Of a DNA stretch of 64,000 nucleotides, positions 39,739 through 51,109 are shown piece by piece; positions within the stretch are counted from its first letter, which is position 1, and each line of letters opens with the position of its first letter. Made by a program: the position numbers and the translations under genes. Under the pieces are notes generated by a model. The model saw only the letters and a list, made by a program, of their open reading frames with translations, had not been told where the DNA came from and did not search any database. The stretch spans positions 224,001 to 288,000 of the forward strand of contig CAVTLK010000004.1 of assembly GCA_963735595.1 (NCBI GenBank), written 5' to 3'. The stretch is from an uncultured delta proteobacterium (lineage in GTDB: Bacteria > Desulfobacterota > Zymogenia > Zymogenales > Zymogenaceae).

Positions 39739-40586
39739 GCAAGAGAAAAGTCCTCGGCAAGGGGCTCTCCGCCCTGATTCCGGACGCCGCCGTGACTGCC
39801 GACGGGGCGGGTGGAAACCTCGCCTCCATCACCATCGATGAAATTTCTCCGAACCGCTTTCAGCCCCGAAGGGATTTCGATGACGTAAAGATCGAGGAAC
39901 TGGCCGCCTCCATCCGGGAGAAGGGCATCATCCAGCCGCTCATCGTCCGGGAGACCGAAGAAGGGTATGAACTGATAGCCGGGGAGCGCCGCCTGCGCGC
40001 GGCCAAGCTGGCGGGCCTGGCCTCGGTCCCCGCAGTCATCCGGGACGTCACCGACGGGGAGGCGCTGGAGCTGGCCCTCATCGAGAATATCCAGCGGGAA
40101 AACCTCAACCCCATCGAGGAGGCCCAGGCCTATCAACGGCTCATCGAGGAATTCTCCCTGACTCAGGAAGAGATGGGCCAGAAGGTGGGGAGGGACCGCA
40201 CCACGATTACCAACAGCCTGCGATTGTTGACGTTGCCGGCGATCGTGCGCAACGATCTGGCCGCCGGCGACCTGACCTCCGGCCACGGCAGGGCGCTGCT
40301 GGGCCTGGGCGTCGAGCGCCAGATCCTGATCGCCCGGGATAAATTCATCGCCAAGGGGATGTCGGTCCGTGAGGCGGAGGCCTATGTCAAGCGGATCAAG
40401 GAGGGGGAAGGCGCGGAAAAGGAAAAGCCCGCGATCGACCCGGCGATCCTCGATATCGAGGAGGACCTTACCCGCACCCTCGGCACAAAAGTCAGGATCG
40501 TTACCAAGGGGGCGGGCGGCTCGATCGTGATCGAGTACTACTCTGAACAGGAGTTGGACCGGCTGGCGGAAATCCTCCGTCCCTGA
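39735..40586 (+). CDS. parB: Chromosome partitioning protein ParB/Spo0J
   Basis: LGKGLSALI, QPRR, AGERRLRA, ENIQRENL, HTH. Confidence 0.96.
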   Translation: MSKRKVLGKGLSALIPDAAVTADGAGGNLASITIDEISPNRFQPRRDFDDVKIEELAASIREKGIIQPLIVRETEEGYELIAGERRLRAAKLAGLASVPAVIRDVTDGEALELALIENIQRENLNPIEEAQAYQRLIEEFSLTQEEMGQKVGRDRTTITNSLRLLTLPAIVRNDLAAGDLTSGHGRALLGLGVERQILIARDKFIAKGMSVREAEAYVKRIKEGEGAEKEKPAIDPAILDIEEDLTRTLGTKVRIVTKGAGGSIVIEYYSEQELDRLAEILRP

Positions 40587-40672
40587 ACGGAGCGCCGGGG
40601 GCCCCGTATGAACTGTCTCACAGTAACGGGTTTTGGTAGACCCGGTTATAAATCAAGAATAAAGGTGAAACA

Positions 40673-41152
40673 ATGTTTGGAAAACTAAAGATGATCGGCG
40701 GCAAAGCGCCGGAGCATTTTGACAGGACGGCCGACCTCAACGCGTTTCTGGGGATTGGCACGGAATTCGAGGGCAAGCTTACGTTTACCGGCACCGTCCG
40801 GGTGGAGGGGAAACTGAAGGGCAGGGTCTTCGCCAAGGACGTCCTTATCATCGGAAATAACGGCTTCGTCGACGGCGAGATAGAGGTTGACACCATCATC
40901 ATCGACGGGACCGTCAAGGGCACTATCCGGGCTGCCAATAAGCTCATCATCGCGCCCACCGGCCGATTCTACGGAAACGTCGAGACGCCTACCTTTATCA
41001 TTGAGGACGGGGGAGTCTTCGAGGGGAGCTGCCGTATGGAGGAGATCAAGGAGATGCTCTCAACCACGAAGTTTACCTCCGCCGATAAAGAGAGCGGGCA
41101 CACGTTGATCAAAATCGTCGACAGAAAGGCGAACGGAGGAACACTCAACTAA
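40673..41152 (+). CDS. Bactofilin (polymer-forming cytoskeletal protein)
   Basis: Beta-helix repeats G.GTEFEGKL...VRVEG...VDGEI...FEGSCRM. Confidence 0.9.
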   Translation: MFGKLKMIGGKAPEHFDRTADLNAFLGIGTEFEGKLTFTGTVRVEGKLKGRVFAKDVLIIGNNGFVDGEIEVDTIIIDGTVKGTIRAANKLIIAPTGRFYGNVETPTFIIEDGGVFEGSCRMEEIKEMLSTTKFTSADKESGHTLIKIVDRKANGGTLN

Positions 41153-41280
41153 ATAGGGACGGCAACGCTCTGCCGGTCAGGATTTCGCTTTACTCCCCCT
41201 GTTACCGTTACCGAGGATCGCCGGCGGGCTGCCGGCGGGATGATAGCGACCCCTGAGAGACTCCAACGACGCCCCAAATG

Positions 41281-41345
41281 AAAATCCCGTCCGATTACCC
41301 ATCATTGAACCGGCTCCTACAATCCCGCCAATCGGACGGGATTTT
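41281..41345. repeat. 16-bp inverted repeat with a long loop, terminator-like
   Basis: AAAATCCCGTCCGATT...AATCGGACGGGATTTT followed by a T-rich tract. Confidence 0.6.
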
Positions 41346-41355
41346 TATTTTTCCC

Positions 41356-41384
41356 TTGACAGAAAAAATACCCTGTGATAAATT
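41356..41384 (+). promoter_or_regulatory. Sigma70 promoter of the atp operon
   Basis: TTGACA-17 bp-TAAATT with an extended -10 TG. Confidence 0.7.
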
Positions 41385-41391
41385 CCACGGT

Positions 41392-41417
41392 GTTGAATGA
41401 ATAATCATTCATTCGAC
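41392..41417. promoter_or_regulatory. TetR/FadR(YsiA)-like operator
   Basis: Near-perfect palindrome GTTGAATGAATAATCATTCATTCGAC just downstream of the -10 box. Confidence 0.6.
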
Positions 41418-41527
41418 TCGATTGGTTCATCGAATCGAATTAACCGCCGCCCCGGCAACGGCCGGGTGGAGACGGAAGCGGCGGGGCGAGCTACATCTGA
41501 TTCAGACAATACCGGAGCGGTGCAGCC

Positions 41528-41953
41528 GTGCTTAACATAGACGCAACATTCTTCATCCAGGTAATCAACTTCCTTATTCTCATTGCCGTCCTCAACTGGC
41601 TGTTAGTCAAGCCGACCCTGAGGGTACTTGAGGAACGCAGGGTGCGTGTCGAGGGTTCCGAAGAAGAGGCCCGGCGCCTGACGGCCGAGGCCGACAAGAA
41701 TATAGAGGAATATGAGCGGGGCCTGGCCGAGGCCCGGATTGAAGCCGGCAAACAAAAGGAACGTATCAGGGCCGAGGGCTTAGAGCGGGAAAACGAGATA
41801 ATCAGGGCCGCCCGCGAGCAATCCCGAAAAACCGTGGAAGACATGAAGCAAAGGATAGAGAAGGAGGCGCACGAGGCCTCTTCGGTGATGAAGAACGAGG
41901 TTAAGGCCCTCTCGGCCCAGATCGCCGAGAAGGTGCTGGGGAGGTCGATATAG
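41528..41953 (+). CDS. atpF: ATP synthase F0 subunit b'
   Basis: IDATFFIQVINFLIL TM helix plus coiled coil; first gene of the atp block. Confidence 0.9.
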   Translation: MLNIDATFFIQVINFLILIAVLNWLLVKPTLRVLEERRVRVEGSEEEARRLTAEADKNIEEYERGLAEARIEAGKQKERIRAEGLERENEIIRAAREQSRKTVEDMKQRIEKEAHEASSVMKNEVKALSAQIAEKVLGRSI

Positions 41954-41957
41954 TCGT

Positions 41958-42578
41958 ATGGCTCCTTCAGTATCAAAGCGAAAGATTTCCCCGGTCCTCG
42001 TCGTGATGATCATCATCTCCTGCCTGGCGATCGGCGTCGCCGTCGTCGTGACGCTTGCCGCGCAGGGTGTAATTTCGCTCACGCTGCCGGGCGAAACGGC
42101 GCGGTTGCAGGACCTGGTCTGGCGGATCGCCAACTTCAGCGTACTTATTATCATACTCCATGTCACATTAACGCGGCGCGCCGTTACCTTCTTTTCCGAC
42201 CGGAAGAAGGCCATCCGGGAGGCCCTTGAAGACGCGGTGAAGGCCCGGCGGGAGGCGCAGAAGAAATACGAGGAAGTCAATAAGCTCCTCAAGAAGGCCA
42301 AGGAAGAGATGGAGGAAATACATTTCTCGTTTAACGCCGAGGGCCAGAGAGAGCGCGACCGGATAATTAAAAACGCCGAACGGGAGGCCGATAAAATCAA
42401 GAAACAGGCCGAGCATACGGCGGTCCAGGAGGTCAGGAAAGCGCGGTTTGCGCTCAGGGCCGAGGCCGTGGACCTGGCGGTCTCGATGGCCGAAGAGATC
42501 CTTACCAAGAAGATCACCAAGGACGATCAGAAAAAGATCACCCAGGACTTCATTGAAAAGGCGTCGGAAGCCAAATGA
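41958..42578 (+). CDS. atpF: ATP synthase F0 subunit b
   Basis: WRIANF TM helix plus coiled coil. Confidence 0.88.
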   Translation: MAPSVSKRKISPVLVVMIIISCLAIGVAVVVTLAAQGVISLTLPGETARLQDLVWRIANFSVLIIILHVTLTRRAVTFFSDRKKAIREALEDAVKARREAQKKYEEVNKLLKKAKEEMEEIHFSFNAEGQRERDRIIKNAEREADKIKKQAEHTAVQEVRKARFALRAEAVDLAVSMAEEILTKKITKDDQKKITQDFIEKASEAK

Positions 42579-43126
42579 TACACGAAACGATTGCACGAAA
42601 GTATGCGCGGGCCCTCATCGAGCTGGCGCTGGAAGATAAACAGCAGGTACGATGCGGACGCGAGATCGAATCGTTCGCTATTCTCATCAGGGAAAACGAG
42701 CAGCTGTGGGGGCTCTTCACGGGGCCTGCCGGAGATACGGAACTCAGGCGCTCCGCGCTGGATGCCGTCCTTTCAAAAACGCAGTACCTCGGGGTTGTGG
42801 CGAATTTTATCCGCCTCTTGATGGATAAAGAGCGCCTGGTCCTTATCACCGACATTTCCCGTGCGTACGGCCGGCTCCTGGATGATCATGAAGGCAAGAT
42901 GAAGGCACGGCTGGTGAGCGCGGCTCCACTTTCGGATGGGGAGACGGCCGAGATCACGAAACGACTGTCTGCCTCGCTCAAACGGGAGATAATCCTGGAG
43001 ACCTCGGTTGATCCATCGCTCATCGGCGGGGCGGTCGCCTACGTCGGGGGGCTCATATTTGACGGAAGTATACGTACGCAGTTGAGCACTATTCGCGATA
43101 ACCTTAAGAAGGGGCATATAAGCTGA
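42575..43126 (+). CDS. atpH: ATP synthase F1 delta
   Basis: [25 protein letters not shown]. Confidence 0.95.
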   Translation: MIHETIARKYARALIELALEDKQQVRCGREIESFAILIRENEQLWGLFTGPAGDTELRRSALDAVLSKTQYLGVVANFIRLLMDKERLVLITDISRAYGRLLDDHEGKMKARLVSAAPLSDGETAEITKRLSASLKREIILETSVDPSLIGGAVAYVGGLIFDGSIRTQLSTIRDNLKKGHIS

Positions 43127-43127
43127 A

Positions 43128-44636
43128 ATGGAAATCAGGGCTGAAGAGATAAGCAGTATACTTAAGAGGCAGATAAAGGAATACGAGAAGCGCCTCGAGA
43201 TCAGCGAGACCGGGACCATCCTCTACGTGGGCGACGGCATCGCCCGTATCTACGGCCTCGAAAAGGCAATGGCCGGGGAGCTTCTGGAGTTTCCCGGAGA
43301 GATCTACGGGATGGTTCTGAACCTCGAGGAGGATAACGTCGGCTCGGCCATCTTCGGCGAGGATTGGCACATCAAGGAGGGCGACGTCGTCAAGCGGACG
43401 GGCCGTATCGCCGAGGTGCCGGTCGGGGAAGCGCTGCTGGGCCGGGTTGTTAACGCCCTCGGCCAGCCGATCGACGGGAAGGGCCCCATCGAGACCAAGG
43501 AGTATCGCCCCATCGAGGTCAAGGCCCCCGGTATCGTCTACCGCCAGCCGGTCAAGGAGCCCCTCCAGACCGGGATCAAGGCCATCGATTCCATGACCCC
43601 CATCGGCAGGGGCCAGCGGGAGCTTATCATCGGCGACCGGCAGACCGGCAAGACGTCCATCGCGCTGGATACCATCATCAACCAGCGGGAGAATGACGTC
43701 ATCTCGATCTATGTCGCGATCGGCCAGAAACGCTCCACGGTGGCGCGGGTCGTGGATACCCTCAATAAGTTCGGGGCCCTGGAAAAGACCATCGTCGTGG
43801 CGGCATCGGCCGCCGAGCCCGCGCCGATGCAGTACATCGCTCCCTACTCGGGCGTCACCTTTGGGGAGTATTTCCGGGACAACGGCAAGCACGCGCTCGT
43901 CGTCTACGATGACCTCAGCAAGCACGCGGTGGCCTACCGGCAGCTTTCGCTGCTGCTTCGGCGGCCGCCGGGACGCGAGGCCTATCCGGGCGACGTATTC
44001 TACCTCCACTCGCGGCTCCTGGAGCGTGCGGCCAAGCTGTCGGACGACAAGGGCGGCGGGTCGCTGACAGCGCTACCGATCATCGAGACCCAGGCGGGCG
44101 ACGTTTCGGCTTATATCCCCACGAACGTCATCTCCATTACCGACGGGCAGATCTTTCTCGAGTCCGACCTGTTCTACTCTGGCGTTCGGCCGGCCATCAA
44201 CGTGGGACTGTCGGTCTCGCGGGTCGGCGGAAAGGCCCAGATCAAGGGCATGAAGCAGGTTGCGGGCTCGCTCCGGCTGGATCTCGCCCAGTATCGCGAG
44301 ATGGCCGCCTTTGCGCAGTTCGGCTCCGACCTCGATAGGGCGACCCAGGCACAGCTTGCCCGGGGCAGCCGCCTCGTCGAGATCCTCAAGCAGCCCCAGT
44401 ATCAGCCGCTCCCGGTCGAAAAGCAGGTTCTCATTATCTACGCCGCGACCAGGGGATTTGTGGACCAATACCCGGAGGGGGCGCTCAGGAAATATGAACA
44501 GGAGCTCTACACGTTCTTCGAGTCCAAGTACGCCCACATACTCGAAGAGATCAAGCAAAAGGGGACTATCTCGACCGATCTCGAGCGGCAGGTCACCAAG
44601 GCGCTCGATGATTTCAAGGAGCATTTCGTTATATAA
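43128..44636 (+). CDS. atpA: ATP synthase F1 alpha
   Basis: [29 protein letters not shown]. Confidence 0.99.
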   Translation: MEIRAEEISSILKRQIKEYEKRLEISETGTILYVGDGIARIYGLEKAMAGELLEFPGEIYGMVLNLEEDNVGSAIFGEDWHIKEGDVVKRTGRIAEVPVGEALLGRVVNALGQPIDGKGPIETKEYRPIEVKAPGIVYRQPVKEPLQTGIKAIDSMTPIGRGQRELIIGDRQTGKTSIALDTIINQRENDVISIYVAIGQKRSTVARVVDTLNKFGALEKTIVVAASAAEPAPMQYIAPYSGVTFGEYFRDNGKHALVVYDDLSKHAVAYRQLSLLLRRPPGREAYPGDVFYLHSRLLERAAKLSDDKGGGSLTALPIIETQAGDVSAYIPTNVISITDGQIFLESDLFYSGVRPAINVGLSVSRVGGKAQIKGMKQVAGSLRLDLAQYREMAAFAQFGSDLDRATQAQLARGSRLVEILKQPQYQPLPVEKQVLIIYAATRGFVDQYPEGALRKYEQELYTFFESKYAHILEEIKQKGTISTDLERQVTKALDDFKEHFVI

Positions 44637-44651
44637 CGGCAAGGGACGGGC

Positions 44652-45512
44652 ATGGCAAACCTGAAGGAAATACGCAAACGGATACAGTCCGTCAAGAATA
44701 CGCAGCAGATCACGAGCGCCATGAAAATGGTGGCCGCGGCAAAGCTCAAGAAGGCCCAGGAGCGTATCGAGAAGGCACGGCCCTATGCCGAGAAGATGGG
44801 CGACGTCCTGGCGAGCCTCGCGCTGAGGACCCACGAGAAGGCGCACCCGCTGCTGGTACGCCGGGAGGTCAAGAACGTCGCGCTGGTCGTGGTCAGCTCC
44901 GACCGCGGGCTCTGCGGCGCGTTCAACCAGAACATTATTAAAACGGCCGAGCAGTTCATCCGGCAAAACCGCTCGCGTTATTCGGAAATTCTCTTTACGA
45001 TGATCGGCAAGAAGGGATACGATTATTTTAAGATACGCCCGATCACCATCCAACGGGAGTATCTCAATATAACCGGTAAACTCTCCTACGAGCTTGCCCA
45101 GTCGATCGCCGACAACCTCCGCGAGCTTTTCCTCTCCGCAAACGTAGATGAGGTGTATATCCTCTATAACCGGTTCAAGACGACCATCAGTCAGGAGCTC
45201 GTCTTCACGAGGATCTTGCCGATCACCCCGCTGGAAGCGGCGGAAGGCCAGACGGTGCCCGGATACGTCTTTGAGCCGTCCGATGAGGACGTCCTGGAGG
45301 ATATCATCAGGAAGAACCTCGAAGTGCAGATCTTCCGGGCGCTGCTGGAATCCGAGGCGTCCGAGTTTGGGGCGCGGATGACGGCGATGGACAGCGCCAC
45401 CTCCAATGCCGGGGAAATGATCAAGAAACTCACGCTCAAGTATAACCGGGCACGGCAGGAGACCATTACCAAGGAGCTCATGGAGATTATCGCCGGCGCC
45501 GAGGCCCTGTAG
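44652..45512 (+). CDS. atpG: ATP synthase F1 gamma
   Basis: ITSAMKMVAAAK, DRGLCG, RQETITKEL. Confidence 0.98.
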   Translation: MANLKEIRKRIQSVKNTQQITSAMKMVAAAKLKKAQERIEKARPYAEKMGDVLASLALRTHEKAHPLLVRREVKNVALVVVSSDRGLCGAFNQNIIKTAEQFIRQNRSRYSEILFTMIGKKGYDYFKIRPITIQREYLNITGKLSYELAQSIADNLRELFLSANVDEVYILYNRFKTTISQELVFTRILPITPLEAAEGQTVPGYVFEPSDEDVLEDIIRKNLEVQIFRALLESEASEFGARMTAMDSATSNAGEMIKKLTLKYNRARQETITKELMEIIAGAEAL

Positions 45513-45646
45513 GGCACGATACCGATGCGGAACGAATCCGCAAAGAGGTTATGAGGGAAGTCGCGGAATATAATAGTAGAATTATCGTATATTCGGACGC
45601 GAAAACGCGCCGTAGTTATAGCGGAACCGAAAACGAATGCGGTTAG

Positions 45647-47080
<1,434 letters not shown>

Positions 47081-47101
47081 CGCGGGACGAACGAAGGAGT
47101 C

Positions 47102-47518
47102 ATGCTCATGGGATTTGCCCTTGAAATTGTCACCCCCGACCGGCTGGTTATCAGCGACGAGGTTGAAAAGGTCGTCTGCCCCGGCGCAGAGGGGGAATTC
47201 GGTGTCCTGCCGAACCATGTCCCGCTCATCACGAAGATGAAGATTGGGGAGGTTCGGTATATTGACTCGACCATGAAAAACGAGCATATCCTCGTGGTTA
47301 CCGGGGGGTACGTGGAAGTGACCGATCAGAAGGTCATCGTCCTTGCCGACCAGTGCATCAGGGCGCGGGACATCGACAAGGTCCAGGAGGAGCTCAACCT
47401 TCAGAAATCCGAGGAAATCCTCAAGGCGGCCGAGAAGAACACCGACGAATACCGCAACGCAAAAAGGACCAATGACCTGGCCAAGGCGCAGCTCAAGGTC
47501 CTGGAAAAAACCGGGTAG
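47102..47518 (+). CDS. atpC: ATP synthase F1 epsilon
   Basis: EIVTPD, GEFGVLPNH, GGYVEV. Confidence 0.96.
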   Translation: MLMGFALEIVTPDRLVISDEVEKVVCPGAEGEFGVLPNHVPLITKMKIGEVRYIDSTMKNEHILVVTGGYVEVTDQKVIVLADQCIRARDIDKVQEELNLQKSEEILKAAEKNTDEYRNAKRTNDLAKAQLKVLEKTG

Positions 47519-47584
47519 CCAATAGACAGGGATTCAGGCGGGGCCGAACGGCCCGCCGCAGATGATGAAAAACGATGAAAAACT

Positions 47585-47614
47585 AAGGGGAGCGGAAAGA
47601 CCGCTCCCTTTTTT
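47585..47614 (+). terminator. Terminator of the atp operon
   Basis: GGGAGCGG-AAAGA-CCGCTCCC followed by a T-run. Confidence 0.8.
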
Positions 47615-47661
47615 GTTTCTGAGCCGCGTTGTGAAGACAGGCGGGGCCGAGGGGACGCCCG

Positions 47662-48261
47662 CTACCGCTCCATGATCCCGTAGAGCATCAGGTCGGATAC
47701 GGTCTTCTTCCACTCGGCCAGCATCTCCGGGGAGAGCTGGTCTTTGCCCTCCAGCAGGTCGAAGAGAGGGGCGATGGTGAAATAGATGATGCACAACCCG
47801 ATACCGGAGATCAAGAGGTGCTTCGGCTCGATCTGCCGAACGCCCGTATCGGCCCTGCGCGCGGCAAGCATCTCCTCGGCGATCTTGAAGAATTTGTTGT
47901 AGAACTTCGTGGCGACATCGGCCACGATATCGGTTTCGAGGTTGAACTCGTGGACGAGGATCTTGAGGATATCCCGGTGGTCCTTGATGAAGTCGATATA
48001 GCGGTCGATGGCAAACCTGAGCAGCGGCTCGGGCTCCATTTCCGTTTGCGATATCTCGTGGAGGATTTCCACGAGCTGGTCGAACGTGCGCTCGAGGACG
48101 GTGGCGTAGATGCCTTCCTTGTTTTCAAAGTAATGGTAGAGTGTGGCGGAGTTGAGCCCCGCCTCCCGGGCGATCTCCCGGATGCCGACGGCCGCAAACC
48201 CCTTTTCCGCAAAGGCGTGGGTGGCCGCCTGCAGGATGATCTCTCTCTTTTCCTCGGACAT
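47662..48261 (-). CDS. TetR/AcrR-family transcriptional regulator
   Basis: FAEKGF..IREIAREAG...LYHYFENKE HTH. Confidence 0.92.
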   Translation of the reverse strand: MSEEKREIILQAATHAFAEKGFAAVGIREIAREAGLNSATLYHYFENKEGIYATVLERTFDQLVEILHEISQTEMEPEPLLRFAIDRYIDFIKDHRDILKILVHEFNLETDIVADVATKFYNKFFKIAEEMLAARRADTGVRQIEPKHLLISGIGLCIIYFTIAPLFDLLEGKDQLSPEMLAEWKKTVSDLMLYGIMER

Positions 48262-48274
48262 CGGTACATCGCCT

Positions 48275-48288
48275 ATCAATCGTTTGAT
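48275..48288. promoter_or_regulatory. Probable TetR autoregulatory operator
   Basis: ATCAATCGTTTGAT palindrome between a minus-strand TTGACT/TACAGT promoter and the tetR start. Confidence 0.55.
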
Positions 48289-48436
48289 TAACTGTATCAC
48301 TTTTTGTTCCGGCAAGTCAACAGGTTTCGGTAAGGTATTGAACTATATCTCCGGGTGTATTAAGATATTACAGTAACCGCGGCGGGCAAATGGAGAAGTC
48401 CGCTGATTACCTGAACGATAACCAGAGGGGGAACCC

Positions 48437-48829
48437 ATGAAAACAGACGCGCTCTACCGGGTCATCGGGGGACTGGTCCTGGCGGTCTTTGCCATCGTGA
48501 TTGCTGCCGTGAAACTCCACTGGGCGGGCGGTATCGGTGCCGTGGTTGCGGCCGACCCGGTGCTAATCGTCGGGTGCGCAGCGATCGCGCTCCTGGGGGC
48601 GCTGGTTACGGCCGACGGGGTGAGGTCGTTCAAACGTGTCGGGACTATGACGCGCCTCATCGGCTCGATGGCAAACGAGAAGAACCTGGTAGCCACCGCC
48701 GAAATTGCCAAGGTAGTCGGCGTCCACGAGACCGAGGTTCGGGAGCGCGTCGACGAGATGATCAAGGGGCGCCTGATCGGGTCGGGAACCCGGATTATAT
48801 ACACCGGGGGGGAGAAGGTCGTCAGGTAG
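48437..48829 (+). CDS. Hypothetical membrane protein (2 TM plus a possible C-terminal HTH-like segment)
   Basis: GAGGGGG RBS; hydrophobic N-terminal half. Confidence 0.65.
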   Translation: MKTDALYRVIGGLVLAVFAIVIAAVKLHWAGGIGAVVAADPVLIVGCAAIALLGALVTADGVRSFKRVGTMTRLIGSMANEKNLVATAEIAKVVGVHETEVRERVDEMIKGRLIGSGTRIIYTGGEKVVR

Positions 48830-48841
48830 AAGGGGACCGCC

Positions 48842-49171
48842 GTGGAAAACAGGACACGCGCCGGAATTGTGGATATAGTAGTCGGCACGCTGATGACCGT
48901 CTTTTTCCTCTTCGGCCTCGGGCTGGCGTGGCTCGTGCCGGTGCTGATAGCCGATCCCGGAAAGGTACTCGAAACGGTCAGGTGGTTTTCCGTGGGCGAA
49001 ATCGTGCTCCTCTCGTTCGCCGCATTTCTCTTTTTTCTCGGGTTATTCACGATCTACCGCGGGGTATCGATACTGACGGGGTGGCGGCTCTCGTACGCCG
49101 CGCGGGCGTTTTTCCACGAGGCGAAGGGAATAGCGAGAGGCAAGGACCCGCCGGATACCCCCCGCCGGTAA
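48842..49171 (+). CDS. Hypothetical membrane protein
   Basis: Two TM helices; co-oriented 12 bp after the previous gene. Confidence 0.6.
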   Translation: MENRTRAGIVDIVVGTLMTVFFLFGLGLAWLVPVLIADPGKVLETVRWFSVGEIVLLSFAAFLFFLGLFTIYRGVSILTGWRLSYAARAFFHEAKGIARGKDPPDTPRR

Positions 49172-49239
49172 GACCGGAAGGCCTGAATCGAATATCGAGC
49201 CCTGAAGAAGGCCGTCCGTCTTCCGCTTTCCTGTCAATC

Positions 49240-50523
49240 CTACTTCGGGTCCACCCGCCTTGTCCCCGCCGGCCGCCAGGCCGGGGAGATGACGCCCGCC
49301 TCCATGGGGCGGTCGGCGGCCGAGGCGGCGGTCAGGATATCGTCGCCGTAGCGGTCCTTGATGCTGTCCACCGCGCCTGCCAGCAGGAACTCCCGCCGCT
49401 CGCCGGCAAACAGCGGCACCTGCCCGCCGGAATAAACGAGATTCGTCATGCTCACGCCCAAGAGCCGCACCGGCATGATGATCTCGATGGTCGCAAGGAC
49501 GTCGGCCGCCGCGCGATAGATGTCGAGATCCAGCCGGATCGGCTTGGGCAGGGTATGCCGCCGGCCCATGCCGGAAAAGTCGGCAAAGCGGACGTAGAGA
49601 TAGACCGTCCTGCCGGAGCAGTGCGCCTTTCTCATGCGCCTTCCGACCTTGGCCGACAGGTGCAGCAGGTAGCGGTGGATGCCGGGCTGATCCTCGATGT
49701 CGTAGGGAAACGTCATGGAATGCCCGATGCTCTTTGCCGCGTCTTCCTGCCCGAGGGGGACGATGGGCGTCTCGTCCACGCCCAGGCCCATGTAGTGGAG
49801 CCGCTCCCCCACGACCCCGAATTTCTGCTTGAGGACGGAAACGGGGTAGCGGCCGAGCTCCCCGCAGGTGACGATCCCCAGCCCCTTGAGGATTTTTCCC
49901 AGCCGCGAGCCGATCCCGCAGATCTCCTCGATGGGCATCGTCTCCATGAGCGGCCCGACCCCGTCCTCGGTCACGATGGTCAGCCCGTCGGGCTTCATGG
50001 TCCCGGAGACGAGCTTTGCCACCAGTTTGTTGGGGGCCACCCCAACCGAGCAGGTGATGTTGAGGTCTTCCTTGATGCGCCGCTTGATCTCCCGCGAGAT
50101 GGCCTCGGCCCCGCCGAAGAGCCTGAGAGACCCCGTCACATCCATAAAGGCCTCGTCGATGGAAAAGACCTCCACGTCGGGGCTGTAGTCGCGCATGATC
50201 GTGAGTATCCTGACCGAGGCGTCGATGTACCTCCGGTTGTTGCCGGGCACGAGGATCAGGTCGGGGCAGGCGCGCTTGCCCTCGGTCGCGGTCATGCCGG
50301 TCTTGACGCCGTGCTTTCTCGCCTCGTAGGATGAGGTCACGATGACGGTGCGCTTCTTGCTGCCGACCACCGCGATGGGCTTGCCCACGAGGGCGGGGTT
50401 TGTGGCCTGCTCGATGGAGGCGAAGAACGCGTCCATGTCGATATGCAGGATCGTGCGGGGCCCCGGGGAGCGTGCCATCCGCCGCGGGGAGATAAAGGAG
50501 TTTGTGGGGGGGACGAGAGACAT
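49240..50523 (-). CDS. dinB: DNA polymerase IV (Y-family)
   Basis: HIDMDAFFASIE, SYEARKHGV, SIDEAF, NKLVAKL, KSIGH, VRLLGV. Confidence 0.95.
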   Translation of the reverse strand: MSLVPPTNSFISPRRMARSPGPRTILHIDMDAFFASIEQATNPALVGKPIAVVGSKKRTVIVTSSYEARKHGVKTGMTATEGKRACPDLILVPGNNRRYIDASVRILTIMRDYSPDVEVFSIDEAFMDVTGSLRLFGGAEAISREIKRRIKEDLNITCSVGVAPNKLVAKLVSGTMKPDGLTIVTEDGVGPLMETMPIEEICGIGSRLGKILKGLGIVTCGELGRYPVSVLKQKFGVVGERLHYMGLGVDETPIVPLGQEDAAKSIGHSMTFPYDIEDQPGIHRYLLHLSAKVGRRMRKAHCSGRTVYLYVRFADFSGMGRRHTLPKPIRLDLDIYRAAADVLATIEIIMPVRLLGVSMTNLVYSGGQVPLFAGERREFLLAGAVDSIKDRYGDDILTAASAADRPMEAGVISPAWRPAGTRRVDPK

Positions 50524-50588
50524 GGTTGACATCACTCCAAAGGAAGAGGACTCATGCGCTTCTTTCGTAGGGGCTGCGGCCTATTTCC

Positions 50589-50648
50589 ACCACAAAGGCA
50601 CGAAGTCACAAAGGCTTGCTTTCCGTTCCCCCTTCGTGTCTTTGTGGT
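50589..50648. repeat. ACCACAAAGGCACGAAG-type palindromic repeat
   Basis: ACCACAAAGGCACGAAG...CTTCGTGTCTTTGTGGT; the same motif occurs at 54326-54403. Confidence 0.75.
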
Positions 50649-50724
50649 TACACCGGTTCTCCTGTACGCCGGGCACGACATCTCGTGCCCCTACGGATAC
50701 CAACACGGCGCGTCCATAACAGCC

Positions 50725-50945
50725 GTAGGGACCCACATGCGGTGTCCGTCCTGCTCGCGCACTGACAAGCTGGTTGCCGCGTCGGCCTTCGGCCTCCTCG
50801 CAATGACAATAGTAATCGCCGCCGGAGGCGGCATCGTTACGTATTGTCAGTGGCACCCGACACACCGGACGCCATACATGGCGTCCCTGCGGGTTCTAAC
50901 ACAAATCGGGCTTATATCCCGTAGGGGCGCGATTCATCGCGCCCT
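50725..50945. repeat. Left arm of a long inverted repeat; 93-bp core at 50760-50852
   Basis: The core is the reverse complement of 52221-52313 with one mismatch and ends in CACTGACAA/TTGTCAGTG. It is flanked by GTAG-type REP-like hairpins. Confidence 0.9.
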
Positions 50946-50956
50946 TGCCCTTCGCC

Positions 50957-51013
50957 ACTTCGCCGTCATTGCGAGGCCCTGTAGGGGCCGTGGCAATCTC
51001 CTGACTGTCACCG
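50957..51013. repeat. GTCATTGCGAG-family REP-like repeat
   Basis: CGTCATTGCGAGG...GTGGCAATCTCCTGACTGTCACCG; related copy at 62354-62410. Confidence 0.8.
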
Positions 51014-51109
51014 TACAACAAGGGGATAGACTATCACCCCACAAAGCAGGTTTCGTGGGGACCCCGATGAAGAGCCTAACGGCCTCCTCGCATGACAGCG
51101 GTGCGGCAT

